A stretch of 63,413 nucleotides of DNA, taken from positions 1-63,413 of the forward strand of contig JBEQBQ010000005.1 of NCBI GenBank assembly GCA_041639695.1. Direction: 5' to 3'. Of the stretch, positions 1 through 9,581 are shown piece by piece. Each line of letters starts with the position of its first letter. Position 1 is the stretch's first letter. A program made the position numbers and the translations under genes. The DNA is from Candidatus Nanohaloarchaea archaeon (GTDB lineage: Archaea > Nanohalarchaeota > Nanosalinia > Nanosalinales > Nanosalinaceae). Under the pieces are notes generated by a model. That model had not been told where the DNA came from and made no database searches. It was given only the letters and a program-made list of their open reading frames with translations.

Positions 1-426
1 CTGGGTTTCTATCCATCTTTTTTCGTTCCATTCGGGGAAATAAGTGTCTCCTTCATGTTCTTCATGTACTAGGGTCAGTTCCATTCGATCTGCTTCCTCT
101 AAAGTCTGGCTGTAGATACTGGAACCGCCTATAATGAATACTTTTTCGGCTTTGCCGGCTTCATCCCATGCATCTTCAAGGTTTTCCGCTAAGGCTACGT
201 CTTGAGGCAGATCGGGATTTGAACGAGAAAGCACAATATTTTTTCTTCCGGGTAAAGGCCTGTACTCTGCTGGGAGCGAGAAAAAAGTCTTTCTACCCAT
301 TATTACAGGCGAACCCATCGTCAGTTGTTTAAAACGTTTCAAATCCTCTGGATGGTGCCATGGAATATCTCCATCCTTTCCTATAACCCTTTCCTCGGTC
401 ATGGCCGCTACAATAATCTTCTTCAT
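1..426 (-). CDS. folA: Dihydrofolate reductase (3' end runs off the window)
   Basis: Not in the ORF track. Hand translation from ATG at 426 gives MKKIIVAAMTEERVIGKDGDIPWHHPEDLKRFKQLTMGSPVIMGRKTF...RPLPGRKNIVLSR, with classic DHFR motifs. Directly downstream of thyA. Confidence 0.95.
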   Translation of the reverse strand, partial: MKKIIVAAMTEERVIGKDGDIPWHHPEDLKRFKQLTMGSPVIMGRKTFFSLPAEYRPLPGRKNIVLSRSNPDLPQDVALAENLEDAWDEAGKAEKVFIIGGSSIYSQTLEEADRMELTLVHEEHEGDTYFPEWNEKRWIETQ

Positions 427-484
427 TCTTCTAGTGGCCTGAAAATATATTCTTGGTTTTCTGGCTCCTTTAACTTGGTCATTT

Positions 485-1495
485 TTACTCCGCTATACCG
501 AATTTTATGCCGGGGTGAGGGTTGTAGTCTTCTAGTTTGAAGTCTTCGTACTCCATCTCATCTATAGGTTTGTCTGGAACTTTCATTTCAGGTCTTTCCC
601 GTGGCTCTCTTGAGAGCTGCTCTAGCATGCCGGGAACGTGGTCTTTTCTGTCTTCTGTCTGTTCTGGAGCATTTTTCTCTATCCAATCCTTTATTTCTAG
701 GTAGTCCTGTTTTTTCTCGGCTTCGCCTATTTTTTCCCTTAGTTTTTCTATGTTTTTTCCGTACCATTCGCCTCTTTCTCCCTTTCCGCAGTAGATGTGA
801 GAGTCAACTATGGTGTGAGCGAACTCTCCTAGTTCGAGATCAGTCTGTTTTGCGATAATACGCATTATCAGCGAGTACGCCGCGATATTGAACGGTATTC
901 CAAGGGCTATGTCGCCTGAGCGCTGTGTTAGGTGGAGGTTCAGCTTTCCGTTCTGTACGTTGAAGGCAAAGCTGTAGTGGCAAGGCGGTAGCTTGGAGTT
1001 TGCTGCGTTTGCAGGGTGCCAGGCATTTACAACGATTCTACGGGACTTAGGATTATCGTTCAGCTGGTCTATAACATATTTTATCTGGTCGAAAGTCAGT
1101 CGGCCGTCTTGCTCTTCGTTCACCCATTTATTGTCTTTCTTGGGCCATGCCTCGCCTTCCAACTGATCCTGTTCTGATGGAATTGGGAAACGTCTCCAGA
1201 AACGTCCATAGGCTGTTTCCAGAAGTCCTTCCTCGTCAGCCCAGGCGTCCCAGATCTTTGTCTCCTCTCTAAGGTTTTTGATATGTTCCTCGCCGGAAAA
1301 GTACCATAGAAGCTCGTGGATTAGAGAGTTCCATCTGTAGCCAGACATGTCTTTTGTTGTGAGAAGAGGGAAACCTTCCTGCTGGTCTATACGGTAAAAG
1401 TAGCTAAAATGAGATATGGTATCGACAGCAGTTCTGTTAGGTTTGTAGTTTCCGTTTTCAAGTACGTGTTGAACAAGATCTAGGTACTGTTCCAT
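485..1495 (-). CDS. thyA: Thymidylate synthase ThyA
   Basis: IWDAWAD, LPPCH (catalytic Cys), QRSGDIALGIPFN and DSHIY motifs. Likely start is ATG 1495 (MEQYL); ORF track starts at 1507. Confidence 0.97.
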   Translation of the reverse strand: MEQYLDLVQHVLENGNYKPNRTAVDTISHFSYFYRIDQQEGFPLLTTKDMSGYRWNSLIHELLWYFSGEEHIKNLREETKIWDAWADEEGLLETAYGRFWRRFPIPSEQDQLEGEAWPKKDNKWVNEEQDGRLTFDQIKYVIDQLNDNPKSRRIVVNAWHPANAANSKLPPCHYSFAFNVQNGKLNLHLTQRSGDIALGIPFNIAAYSLIMRIIAKQTDLELGEFAHTIVDSHIYCGKGERGEWYGKNIEKLREKIGEAEKKQDYLEIKDWIEKNAPEQTEDRKDHVPGMLEQLSREPRERPEMKVPDKPIDEMEYEDFKLEDYNPHPGIKFGIAE

Positions 1496-1565
1496 TAAAT
1501 CGCCCACTCCCCTACAACAATATGGTTACAAAGTAGTTTAATATTTTGACATCTGAACTAGATAA

Positions 1566-1793
1566 GTGACGGAAGAAATACTATCGGCTAACGAAGATGT
1601 CTGGGGGGAACCAACACTAGACCAGTCGATCGAACTAGGAGAAAATACAGAAATTTATATGTCAAGACCTTACTCCTCTGTTTTCAGCGTTGAAAGCGGG
1701 GTAGCAACGCTGGCTCTATGTGAAAAGGATGGTTTCTATGGAATAGAAAATTTAGATCCGGAAGATCCGAATTACGGTGAGATATACCGCTAG
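1566..1793 (+). CDS. Small acidic hypothetical protein
   Basis: 75-aa acidic ORF filling the gap, with a TATA-like TTTAATAT upstream. Confidence 0.55.
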   Translation: MTEEILSANEDVWGEPTLDQSIELGENTEIYMSRPYSSVFSVESGVATLALCEKDGFYGIENLDPEDPNYGEIYR

Positions 1794-3052
1794 AGCTCTA
1801 CCTCCGAATTCTTATAGAGAGGGAACTCTTCTAGAAGCTCAGAAACCCGGCCGCTGGTTTTCCTACGTACTTCGCTACTCTTCGGGTTTTTCACGATACG
1901 GCCTACCATTCTTCCGATCTCCTCAAGTTCTTCCTCCTCCATGCCTCTTGTTGTAAGTGCTGGAGTTCCTATTCTTATCCCTGAGGTTACCATCGGAGGC
2001 TCCGGGTCGTAAGGCACAGCATTCTTGTTAACTACGATATTGGCTTCTTCAAGAGCATCTTCAGCCTCCTTGCCTGTACATTCCTCATCTCTCAAGTCCA
2101 CAAGTACTAGATGCGTGTCAGTTCCATCCGAAACCAGTTCCAGTCCCTTTTCACGTAGACCTTTGGCCAAGGCCTTGGTATTGTCCTTAATCTGTGCGGC
2201 ATATTCTTTGAATTCGGGTTTCATGGCCTCGTTAAAGCAGACAGCCTTTCCTGCTATCTGATGCATCAAAGGTCCGCCTTGAGAGTAAGGGAAAACAGCT
2301 GAATCAACGTCATCGGCATATTCTTCTTTGCAGAGGATCATACCGCCTCGCGCACCTCTAATCGATTTATGAGTGGTGGTTGTAACTATATCGCACTCTG
2401 GGAAAGGATTTGAGTGCTCTCCTGCTGCCACAAGCCCCGATATATGAGCTATATCGCACATAAGCAGTGCGTCGACTTCGTCCGCCACTTCCCTAAACAT
2501 CTCGAAATCTATCTCTCTTGGATAAGCGGAATAGCCGCATACAATCAGGTCAGGCTTATGTTCCTTGGCAGCTTCCATCACGTCCTCTTTCTCAAACCGC
2601 TCGGTTTCCTCATTAATACCGTACGTTTCGAAGTCGAACAGATCGCCTGAAAAGTTTACGCCGTGACCATGAGTTAAGTGTCCGCCGTGAGAAAGTACCG
2701 GTCCAAGAATCTTGTCTCCTGCTTCTAGCTGGGAGAAGTAGGCTGCGAAGTTGGCTTGTGAACCTGAATTTGGCTGGACGTTAGCGTGGTCGGCATCAAA
2801 TATCTTACAGGCACGCTCACGTGCCAGGTTTTCAACTTTATCGTGATACTCGCATCCGGCATAGTATCTTTTTCCTGGATAGCCTTCCGCATACTTGTTT
2901 GTTAGAACGGAGCCTTGTGCCTGTAGAACCTGTCTCGGCACGAAGTTTTCGGAAGCGATCATCTCAAGGGACTCGCTTTCCTGCCTCTCGATTTCGTTCT
3001 TCAAAGCTTTGTAGACCTCTGGATCGGCCTCAGAAAGATCTCTGTGTTTCAT
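1790..3052 (-). CDS. glyA: Serine hydroxymethyltransferase
   Basis: [29 protein letters not shown] and TTTTHKS (PLP lysine) motifs. Confidence 0.97.
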   Translation of the reverse strand: MKHRDLSEADPEVYKALKNEIERQESESLEMIASENFVPRQVLQAQGSVLTNKYAEGYPGKRYYAGCEYHDKVENLARERACKIFDADHANVQPNSGSQANFAAYFSQLEAGDKILGPVLSHGGHLTHGHGVNFSGDLFDFETYGINEETERFEKEDVMEAAKEHKPDLIVCGYSAYPREIDFEMFREVADEVDALLMCDIAHISGLVAAGEHSNPFPECDIVTTTTHKSIRGARGGMILCKEEYADDVDSAVFPYSQGGPLMHQIAGKAVCFNEAMKPEFKEYAAQIKDNTKALAKGLREKGLELVSDGTDTHLVLVDLRDEECTGKEAEDALEEANIVVNKNAVPYDPEPPMVTSGIRIGTPALTTRGMEEEELEEIGRMVGRIVKNPKSSEVRRKTSGRVSELLEEFPLYKNSEVEL

Positions 3053-3131
3053 AGTGTAGAAACGGGTTTTCAGAATGAAGTTAGTTTCGAAAGAAAAAAC
3101 TGATTTATTGTTTACGGATTCTAAGACTTTT

Positions 3132-4031
3132 ATGTCGGAAAATGACGAGTCTGATAGGCTTGACTCCAGATTGCAAGAACAGTCTGGACACAGATTCGTC
3201 AGTCATGATCTAGATGAAGATGTCAATCATCTCTCTTCAAACATCTTCAATCTGGTAAAAGAACAGAAAGGTGTTGAAGCAGCCGCCAAAGTTCAAACTG
3301 GTTTTGTAGAAGCTTATCAGTTTCTTGAAGGTAGAAAAGACAGCTTTAATCCTTCTGTAGGTCCTGATTCGGCAATCGAGTATCTGGAGGAAATTCGTCA
3401 AGACTACGATGTTTCAAGGCTTTCGGCAGAAGATATGTGTGCTGAAAAGGTTCTAGATAAGGCAATTCATCTCGGAAAAGTGGGTAGGGCGCTTGAAAGA
3501 TTGAAAGACGACTATAAAAATGAGAGAGACCGGTATGTGTCGGCAGATATTCTTCTCCCCCCGTCTGATAATGTCGAGTATGAATGGGACGGTTCTGAAG
3601 AGTTAGAGGAGGCAATTTCAGATATGAAGATACCTGGAAATGAGCTTTGGGGTCTTAGTCATACACTCGACAAAAATGACCGTGATCATGCCAAAGGTTC
3701 TGGAAACTTTACAATACGGGCCGGTACTTACGGTCTTGAAGAGTTTGAGGAACAGTTTGAATGTGCGGACGATCCTGATGGCTACTTATGGATGGAGTTC
3801 GTCAGTGAGGGCGGCTCATATCCCAGAGGGAAAAAGATGACCGACCTAACTAGTTTTGATCCTTTAGATAGCTCCGGTCTAGGACTTTATGCGTGGGATG
3901 CAACCGTTAAGGAGTTTGGTGGCGGCCATTTCATATATGAGAGAGACGGAAACTTCGTTGATGGAATTATTCTACCTTACAGGGAAGAACAAAACGAAGA
4001 CGAAAAGAAAAAATTGGCTTCGCCTGTTTGA
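3132..4031 (+). CDS. Hypothetical acidic protein (orphan)
   Basis: Long ORF (track 3075..4031). ATG at 3132 is preferred from promoter spacing. No recognised family. Confidence 0.75.
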   Translation: MSENDESDRLDSRLQEQSGHRFVSHDLDEDVNHLSSNIFNLVKEQKGVEAAAKVQTGFVEAYQFLEGRKDSFNPSVGPDSAIEYLEEIRQDYDVSRLSAEDMCAEKVLDKAIHLGKVGRALERLKDDYKNERDRYVSADILLPPSDNVEYEWDGSEELEEAISDMKIPGNELWGLSHTLDKNDRDHAKGSGNFTIRAGTYGLEEFEEQFECADDPDGYLWMEFVSEGGSYPRGKKMTDLTSFDPLDSSGLGLYAWDATVKEFGGGHFIYERDGNFVDGIILPYREEQNEDEKKKLASPV

Positions 4032-4685
4032 TTACTCGTCTGCAAGCATTTGAACTACTAGCTGCAGTATTTCTACGAAGACTCCCATGAAAGCTGTGTA
4101 AAGACCTATAGCGTTAAGGAAAGGTGTTCCTGGCCTTGTCTTCGTAACATAGATCTGATGAATCAGGTAAACTATGAAGCCTAGAAGGGCGAGCACGAAA
4201 GCAATCATTACTGCGGTCCCGCTAAAGCTTCCTAGGAACGAGATGCCTAAAACACCAAGGAATAGGTAGTTTGCGTACTTACCCCAGCTGGAGAAGTCGT
4301 GGCCGGTTCCGTAAACTAATAGTCCTGAAAGCAAGGCTATAACCGAAGAAACAACAGCTGTTATTCCAAGCGCTGCTGCCTGCAAACCAGGGGAAACGAG
4401 CATCGTCAGTATACCGGCTCCAAAGATGCCGTAACCTAGCTGTACTAGTCCGGTTCCTGCTACAGCTTTCTTGATGTTTCCTGCCTTTATACCGGATCTT
4501 GAGATCCAGAGCCCTCCGCTCAAGAGCGCTCCGTAGACAAGTACGCCTACGAAGAAGTTGAATCCGAATACCATGTCATTAATGCCGGAAAGGGGTGTGA
4601 ATACAAACATCCACATTATTCCGATGTTTAGAAGTATTAGGCCTGTAGCTATACCCAGACTTTTCAGTTGATCTTGATTAAACAT
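4032..4685 (-). CDS. Bax inhibitor-1/YccA-like multi-pass membrane protein
   Basis: About 7 hydrophobic helices, DFSSWG motif and C-terminal AIGLYTAFMGVFVEILQL. Start placed at ATG 4685. Confidence 0.7.
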   Translation of the reverse strand: MFNQDQLKSLGIATGLILLNIGIMWMFVFTPLSGINDMVFGFNFFVGVLVYGALLSGGLWISRSGIKAGNIKKAVAGTGLVQLGYGIFGAGILTMLVSPGLQAAALGITAVVSSVIALLSGLLVYGTGHDFSSWGKYANYLFLGVLGISFLGSFSGTAVMIAFVLALLGFIVYLIHQIYVTKTRPGTPFLNAIGLYTAFMGVFVEILQLVVQMLADE

Positions 4686-4754
4686 GTTAGAACAATTTTC
4701 TGGAATTGTTTTAATTCCGACGGATTCAAAACCTTCCGTTCCCAAGATCCGGTT

Positions 4755-5354
4755 ATGGAGGAAAGAGAACTTCCCGGAAAGTTTATTGTTGTCGAGGGCG
4801 CTGACGGCGCAGGAACGACAACCATGTCGAAGAAGCTAGCTGACAAGATTGATGCTTACTGGACCCGGGAGCCCGCGGAAAACAAGATTGGGGAAAAAGT
4901 CGATGAGATGATCTCGGGGGACGAACACTCTCCTGAAGCTATCGCACTAGGATTTGCAGCTGACAGAATGATCCATCTAGAAGAAGAGGTAATACCGAGA
5001 TTAGAAAAGGGAGAAACCGTTGTTTCAGATAGATATTATCATTCATCGCTTGTCTACCAGCATGCGATGGGTATCGATATGGAGTGGCTGAAAAAGATCA
5101 ATCGCAGAACGCTCAAACCAGATCTTACATTTATACTTGATGTGGAGGCGGAAACAGGTATGTCCAGAGTTGAGGAAAGAGGACACGATGGAAATATATT
5201 TGAAGAGCTTGATTTCCAGCAAAAAGTCGTCTTAGGGTACAGAAGACTGGAAAACGAGATTGATGAAGATATCAGTTATGTTGATGCTTCTCAGTCGAAA
5301 AAGCAAGTCTTCAAATCGGTAAGGAAAGGTCTTGAATCAAGAGATTTTGCTTAA
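4755..5354 (+). CDS. tmk: Thymidylate (dTMP) kinase
   Basis: FIVVEGADGAGTTT P-loop variant, TREP, AADR, SDRYYHSSLVYQ and PDLT motifs. Confidence 0.93.
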   Translation: MEERELPGKFIVVEGADGAGTTTMSKKLADKIDAYWTREPAENKIGEKVDEMISGDEHSPEAIALGFAADRMIHLEEEVIPRLEKGETVVSDRYYHSSLVYQHAMGIDMEWLKKINRRTLKPDLTFILDVEAETGMSRVEERGHDGNIFEELDFQQKVVLGYRRLENEIDEDISYVDASQSKKQVFKSVRKGLESRDFA

Positions 5355-5399
5355 CGTTTTTTATTCGGTCTTAACCCGTTCTAGAATATAGGTAACGAC

Positions 5400-5981
5400 A
5401 TGAAAGATGCGGAGTCCGATGAAGAAGTTGAAGAAACCAATTCTGGTGTCAAGAAGAAAGGTGACTGGAAGCAGATCGCAAAGTTCGGTGAGGAGGTCGT
5501 TGAAGCGGTAGAAAGCTCTGTAAGCGATGAGTCTGTCAAACGGTTTGAGGAATGGCGACCCAAAGTCGAAGAATCAGAGAAAGACGTCAAGAGAAAGACT
5601 GTTGAGGAAGCAACACTGAAGGAACGCGAACTTGAAAAGGAAAGCGAAGGCGCTCCGAACGACTTTAGAAATGCTTCGGGGAAGATGGCAGAAGCAGGTA
5701 AAAAAGCAGCAAAAGGCGAAAACCCTGAGAAAGAAGTAATAGAAGCCTCTAACGATGCGGCTAAGCCTTTCTATTCAGGTATTGCAGGTTTAATTAGAAA
5801 GATTGAGTCTAAGGTTTACTCTTGGTTCGCTCTCAGATTCAATCCTTACTATCTAGATACTGAAGACTTCTCTGTCGATGTAAAACATAAGAAACAGGGA
5901 CGGTTCGAGATGGATGTTGCGGTTCCCGAGGAGGAAAAAAGGAGTGAACTGAAGGAGAACTTCGGGAAGGAGGAAGAATGA
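5400..5981 (+). CDS. Conserved haloarchaeal-type hypothetical protein (DUF5828-like)
   Basis: GVKKKGDW..I..FGE, FEEWRPK and NPYY motifs recalled from a haloarchaeal family found next to PiT transporters. Confidence 0.6.
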   Translation: MKDAESDEEVEETNSGVKKKGDWKQIAKFGEEVVEAVESSVSDESVKRFEEWRPKVEESEKDVKRKTVEEATLKERELEKESEGAPNDFRNASGKMAEAGKKAAKGENPEKEVIEASNDAAKPFYSGIAGLIRKIESKVYSWFALRFNPYYLDTEDFSVDVKHKKQGRFEMDVAVPEEEKRSELKENFGKEEE

Positions 5982-6910
5982 ACGACATAGTTACTGTAAT
6001 TGCGTTGATGGCCTCAGTTTTCATGGGTGTCTCTATAGGTGCATCAACTGTCGCATCAGCTTTTGGGCCGGTTAACAGCGCAAGATCTGCAAACGTCCTT
6101 AGATCAGCTTTTCTAGCTGGCATCTTCGCGCTTATTGGAGCAGTTCTCCAGGGCGGTAATGTTGCAAGAACGGTAGGTTCAGGGATATTTGTGGGGGAAA
6201 TACAGGTTCTTCAGGCAGGTTCAATACTTCTGATAGCCGCTCTACTTCTGATTATAAGCGTTCTGGGCAACTACCCGATGCCGACCGCCTTCACGGTTAT
6301 AGGGGCTGTGCTTGGCAGCGGTCTGGCATTTGGCAACGGTATCCTATGGGGTTCTGTTCTAAGAATTATCGGGTACTGGCTGCTGATACCTTTCCTTGCG
6401 GCAGCCCTAGGTTATGGTCTAGCAAAACTTCTCAGAGGCTTTATTTCGAAGGAGAATTCTGAAAGAAAAATAAAGGCAGGTCTGCTTGTAACAGGGTGCT
6501 ATGTTTCGTACTCGGCCGGAGCCTCAGCAGTAGGGCTTGCGGTAGGACCTCTAGGAAGTTTCATCGACTCAACTAACGCCTTGCTTCTTATGGGCGGTCT
6601 CTCAATTTTAGTCGGTGCCTGGGTTTACTCGCCAAGAATTATACGCGCTATATCGTTTGACTACTCGAATATAGGTCCGAGAAGATCGATCGCGGCTTTA
6701 GCGACTGCAGGAATTCTCGCCCAGATCGGGATATTCTTCGGTATCCCAATATCCTTTAATGAGGCTGTTATTGCATCAGTTATAGGCTCGGGAATGGTTG
6801 AAGGCAGATCAAATATTGATGGTCGGAAGATAGGTAAAACGGTATTAGCTTGGGTGGGGGCTTTTCTGCTTGCTATGGTTCTCGCGTTTGCTGCAGGGGT
6901 TCTCCTCTAG
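5978..6910 (+). CDS. Inorganic phosphate transporter (PiT family)
   Basis: SIGASTVASAFG and SAGASAVG repeats (GAND-like), GIPIS, many TM helices. Confidence 0.85.
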   Translation: MNDIVTVIALMASVFMGVSIGASTVASAFGPVNSARSANVLRSAFLAGIFALIGAVLQGGNVARTVGSGIFVGEIQVLQAGSILLIAALLLIISVLGNYPMPTAFTVIGAVLGSGLAFGNGILWGSVLRIIGYWLLIPFLAAALGYGLAKLLRGFISKENSERKIKAGLLVTGCYVSYSAGASAVGLAVGPLGSFIDSTNALLLMGGLSILVGAWVYSPRIIRAISFDYSNIGPRRSIAALATAGILAQIGIFFGIPISFNEAVIASVIGSGMVEGRSNIDGRKIGKTVLAWVGAFLLAMVLAFAAGVLL

Positions 6911-6952
6911 AGTCCGGTAGGTTAAAATTTGAGTGTTGATAGAAAGTTCTCT

Positions 6953-7561
6953 ATGTCTCGACAAACTGTGTTCATTAACGGAGGAATGACTTTCGAGACT
7001 AGGAAGGACTACCTCGAATATCTGGAGAATATGGATATAGATCTACAAAGTGAAGAGACATGGGATGAAGGTAATTATCTTGAGAAAAGCCTGAAATCAG
7101 ATCTTGTAAGGGTAGATATGCCCTGTAGCACAAACGCAGAGTACGAGGAATGGAAGATAACATTCGAGAATTATCTGTCCAAACTTTCCGGCCGGCTTGT
7201 TCTTATTGGGTTTTCTTTAGGCGCCACATTCCTCGCAAAGTATCTATCGCAAAATAATCTATCGCAGAAAGCGATCTCTGTGTATCTGGTGGCGCCACCC
7301 TTTGACGATGATCTAACTGGAGAGGACTTGGCAGGAGGATTCCCATTAAACCCGGATCTTAGTCTTCTTGAGGAAAATTGTGAGAAACTCGTACTATTAT
7401 TCTCTGAAAACGATGATGTGGTTCCGGTAAATCACGCTAAGAAGTTTGAGCAAAGTCTCTCTGAAGCGGACATTTTAGTCTTTGAGGATAAGGTAGGTCA
7501 TTTCCAGGTTCCTGAGTTCCCCGAGCTCTTGGAGAAAGTAAATGAGGATCTAGGTTCGTAA
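6953..7561 (+). CDS. Alpha/beta hydrolase, RBBP9/YdeN-like
   Basis: GFSLG nucleophile elbow, SENDDVVP acid and GHF histidine. Confidence 0.85.
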   Translation: MSRQTVFINGGMTFETRKDYLEYLENMDIDLQSEETWDEGNYLEKSLKSDLVRVDMPCSTNAEYEEWKITFENYLSKLSGRLVLIGFSLGATFLAKYLSQNNLSQKAISVYLVAPPFDDDLTGEDLAGGFPLNPDLSLLEENCEKLVLLFSENDDVVPVNHAKKFEQSLSEADILVFEDKVGHFQVPEFPELLEKVNEDLGS

Positions 7562-7576
7562 AAATGATTATTAAGT

Positions 7577-7649
7577 TGGCAGGGGGAGGATTTGAACCCC
7601 CGTCCGTACAGCCCCACTGTACGATTATAGTCCGCTAAACCACCCCGCC
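7577..7649 (-). tRNA. tRNA-Pro (GGG)
   Basis: Cloverleaf: acceptor GGCGGGG/CCCTGCC+A, anticodon stem GTACA/TGTAC with loop GT-GGG-GC, T arm GGGGG-TTCAAAT-CCTCC. CCA is not encoded. Confidence 0.88.
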
Positions 7650-7782
7650 GTCCGAAGCTTTCTGTATTCGTTTTCTCGAGTTCAAGGTTTTAAACCTGAC
7701 TTTGGACAGGGTTGTCCGGTTCTGGATGAAACCACTTCAAGGAAGGCATCGCAGAGTTCGCAGGTGGAGGGGAAAAACTTGA

Positions 7783-8700
7783 ATGGTTACTCCTGAAGAG
7801 GTTGGCGAATGCCCTGTATGCGGCTCCGAGGAGTTTGAGGAGGATAAAACTCTGGGTGAGACTGTCTGCCGGAACTGCGGTGCTATAATAGAGGAGGATA
7901 TGGTCGAAGAGGAAGGCGGTCCAAGAGCTTTCACACAGGAAGAGAAAAACAAGATAGAGCGCACAGGAGCACCTCTGACATTCACGAAGCACGACAGGGG
8001 GATATCAACCCAAATGGGTTCAGGTGGAGCGCTTAGAAACGTATCACCATCCAAAAGAGGCCAGTACTACCGTATAAGAAAATGGAACCGCAGACTATCA
8101 GGTTCCAAGCCTAGAAACCTACGTTATGCGCTCTCCGAGATACAGACGCTCGTAGATCTGTTGAACCTGCCTAGATCGGTTCACGAAGAATCCGCAAGAC
8201 TTTACGAAAAATCTTGGGAGGACGAAGCGCTTAAAGGAAGAAAGATCGAGAAAATAGTGGCGGGAATAGTTTTCCTTGTCTCAAGGATGCAAGGTGTTCC
8301 GAGAACTTTGAAAGAGGTAGCTGAAGCATCAGGAGTGGATAAACGTGAGGTAGGGAAGAACTATCGTTATATTGCGAGAAAACTGGATAAACAGGTGATG
8401 CCTGCTAGACCGGAAGAGTTTGTCTCCAGGTTCGCTGAAGAACTTGATCTGCCTGGAGAGGTGCAGGCATATGCTAAAAACATAATCGAAGAAGTAAGAG
8501 AGAAAGAAATACTGTCGGGTAGGAGCCCTGAAGGCGTTGTCGCATCAGCACTTTACATCGCTTCTAAACTTGAAGGGGAAGATAGACCCCAGAAGGATAT
8601 CGCTGAGACGGTAGGAGTAACTGAGGTCACGATAAGGAAAGGTTACAAGGACTTCGTTGAGGCTCTAGAGTTAGAGAAAGAGATGGAAGGTGCCCGCTAG
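7783..8700 (+). CDS. tfb: Transcription initiation factor IIB
   Basis: CPVC..CRNC zinc ribbon, ERTGAP B-reader, two cyclin repeats and VGVTEVTIRK HTH. Confidence 0.97.
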   Translation: MVTPEEVGECPVCGSEEFEEDKTLGETVCRNCGAIIEEDMVEEEGGPRAFTQEEKNKIERTGAPLTFTKHDRGISTQMGSGGALRNVSPSKRGQYYRIRKWNRRLSGSKPRNLRYALSEIQTLVDLLNLPRSVHEESARLYEKSWEDEALKGRKIEKIVAGIVFLVSRMQGVPRTLKEVAEASGVDKREVGKNYRYIARKLDKQVMPARPEEFVSRFAEELDLPGEVQAYAKNIIEEVREKEILSGRSPEGVVASALYIASKLEGEDRPQKDIAETVGVTEVTIRKGYKDFVEALELEKEMEGAR

Positions 8701-9548
8701 TTCTGTTTTGCAGCATAGTCAAGCACTTTTCCCTCAAATTCTCGGTAACGTTGCTTAAGCCTTCTTTCTATCTCGTCTCTATTTTTCCAGTTGAACTTTT
8801 CACAAGCCAGATAAGATCTAGTTCTGGTTTGACTGCATCTAGAGTCCGAGACCGTAAAGTTCTGGCTGGGAAGGATGTTGTTTTGGTTAGACGTAACATA
8901 ACGTTTCTTTTCTGCAAAGCTCTCGCACTGGTTTTTTGCAAGGGTTTTCTCAACGTTGTAGGGGGTGTTTGAAGACCATTTAACGCCTTCCGTAGAGTTT
9001 ATCTTCATCTCGCAGTCGCACATCTGGCTTTGCTTATATTCGCCTGTGATCTCTACCTTGGGTTCGGGTATTCTGCCAGAATCGGAGAAGAAAGCTCCTA
9101 TCCCGGTTGCACCCTGCATAACTCCTATTATTGTATCAGATTTCTCTTGGCATGATTTAAAGCTTAATGTGTTGCCAGAGCTTGAGACGGCATTAGAAGA
9201 GCTTAAAATACCTGAAACCTTTACTGTCTGATTCACATAGTCCCCGCTGTTAGAAAGCTGCTTAATTGAAACATTTTCAGGTCCTGAAAGCGCAAAGGCG
9301 GTTCCTAGAACGGCTAGAATAATTATCGCAGATACTCCTCCGGCTTTTACCCAAAATCTTTTGTTTGAACGATTTTTTGGTGTTTTATCACTTTTTGAAC
9401 TCGTATCGTCTTCCCTAGCTGACTCGATTGCTCTCTCAATCTGTTCTTCTGGAATGTTTTCTTCAGCAAGAACATCTCTTATATCGTCAAAACTATATCC
9501 TTCCTGTCTTTGCTCGTTTATCCAGTCCTTTAGCTCTTTAGGGTCCAC
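8697..9548 (-). CDS. Single-pass membrane protein with Cys-rich extracellular domain
   Basis: Acidic N-terminal helical domain, one TM helix, then an OB-fold-like region (TVKVSG, VEITGEY) with six Cys. Confidence 0.7.
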   Translation of the reverse strand: MDPKELKDWINEQRQEGYSFDDIRDVLAEENIPEEQIERAIESAREDDTSSKSDKTPKNRSNKRFWVKAGGVSAIIILAVLGTAFALSGPENVSIKQLSNSGDYVNQTVKVSGILSSSNAVSSSGNTLSFKSCQEKSDTIIGVMQGATGIGAFFSDSGRIPEPKVEITGEYKQSQMCDCEMKINSTEGVKWSSNTPYNVEKTLAKNQCESFAEKKRYVTSNQNNILPSQNFTVSDSRCSQTRTRSYLACEKFNWKNRDEIERRLKQRYREFEGKVLDYAAKQN

Positions 9549-9581
9549 GGATAACCGTTTAAAGAAGCTTTCTTTTCAAGC

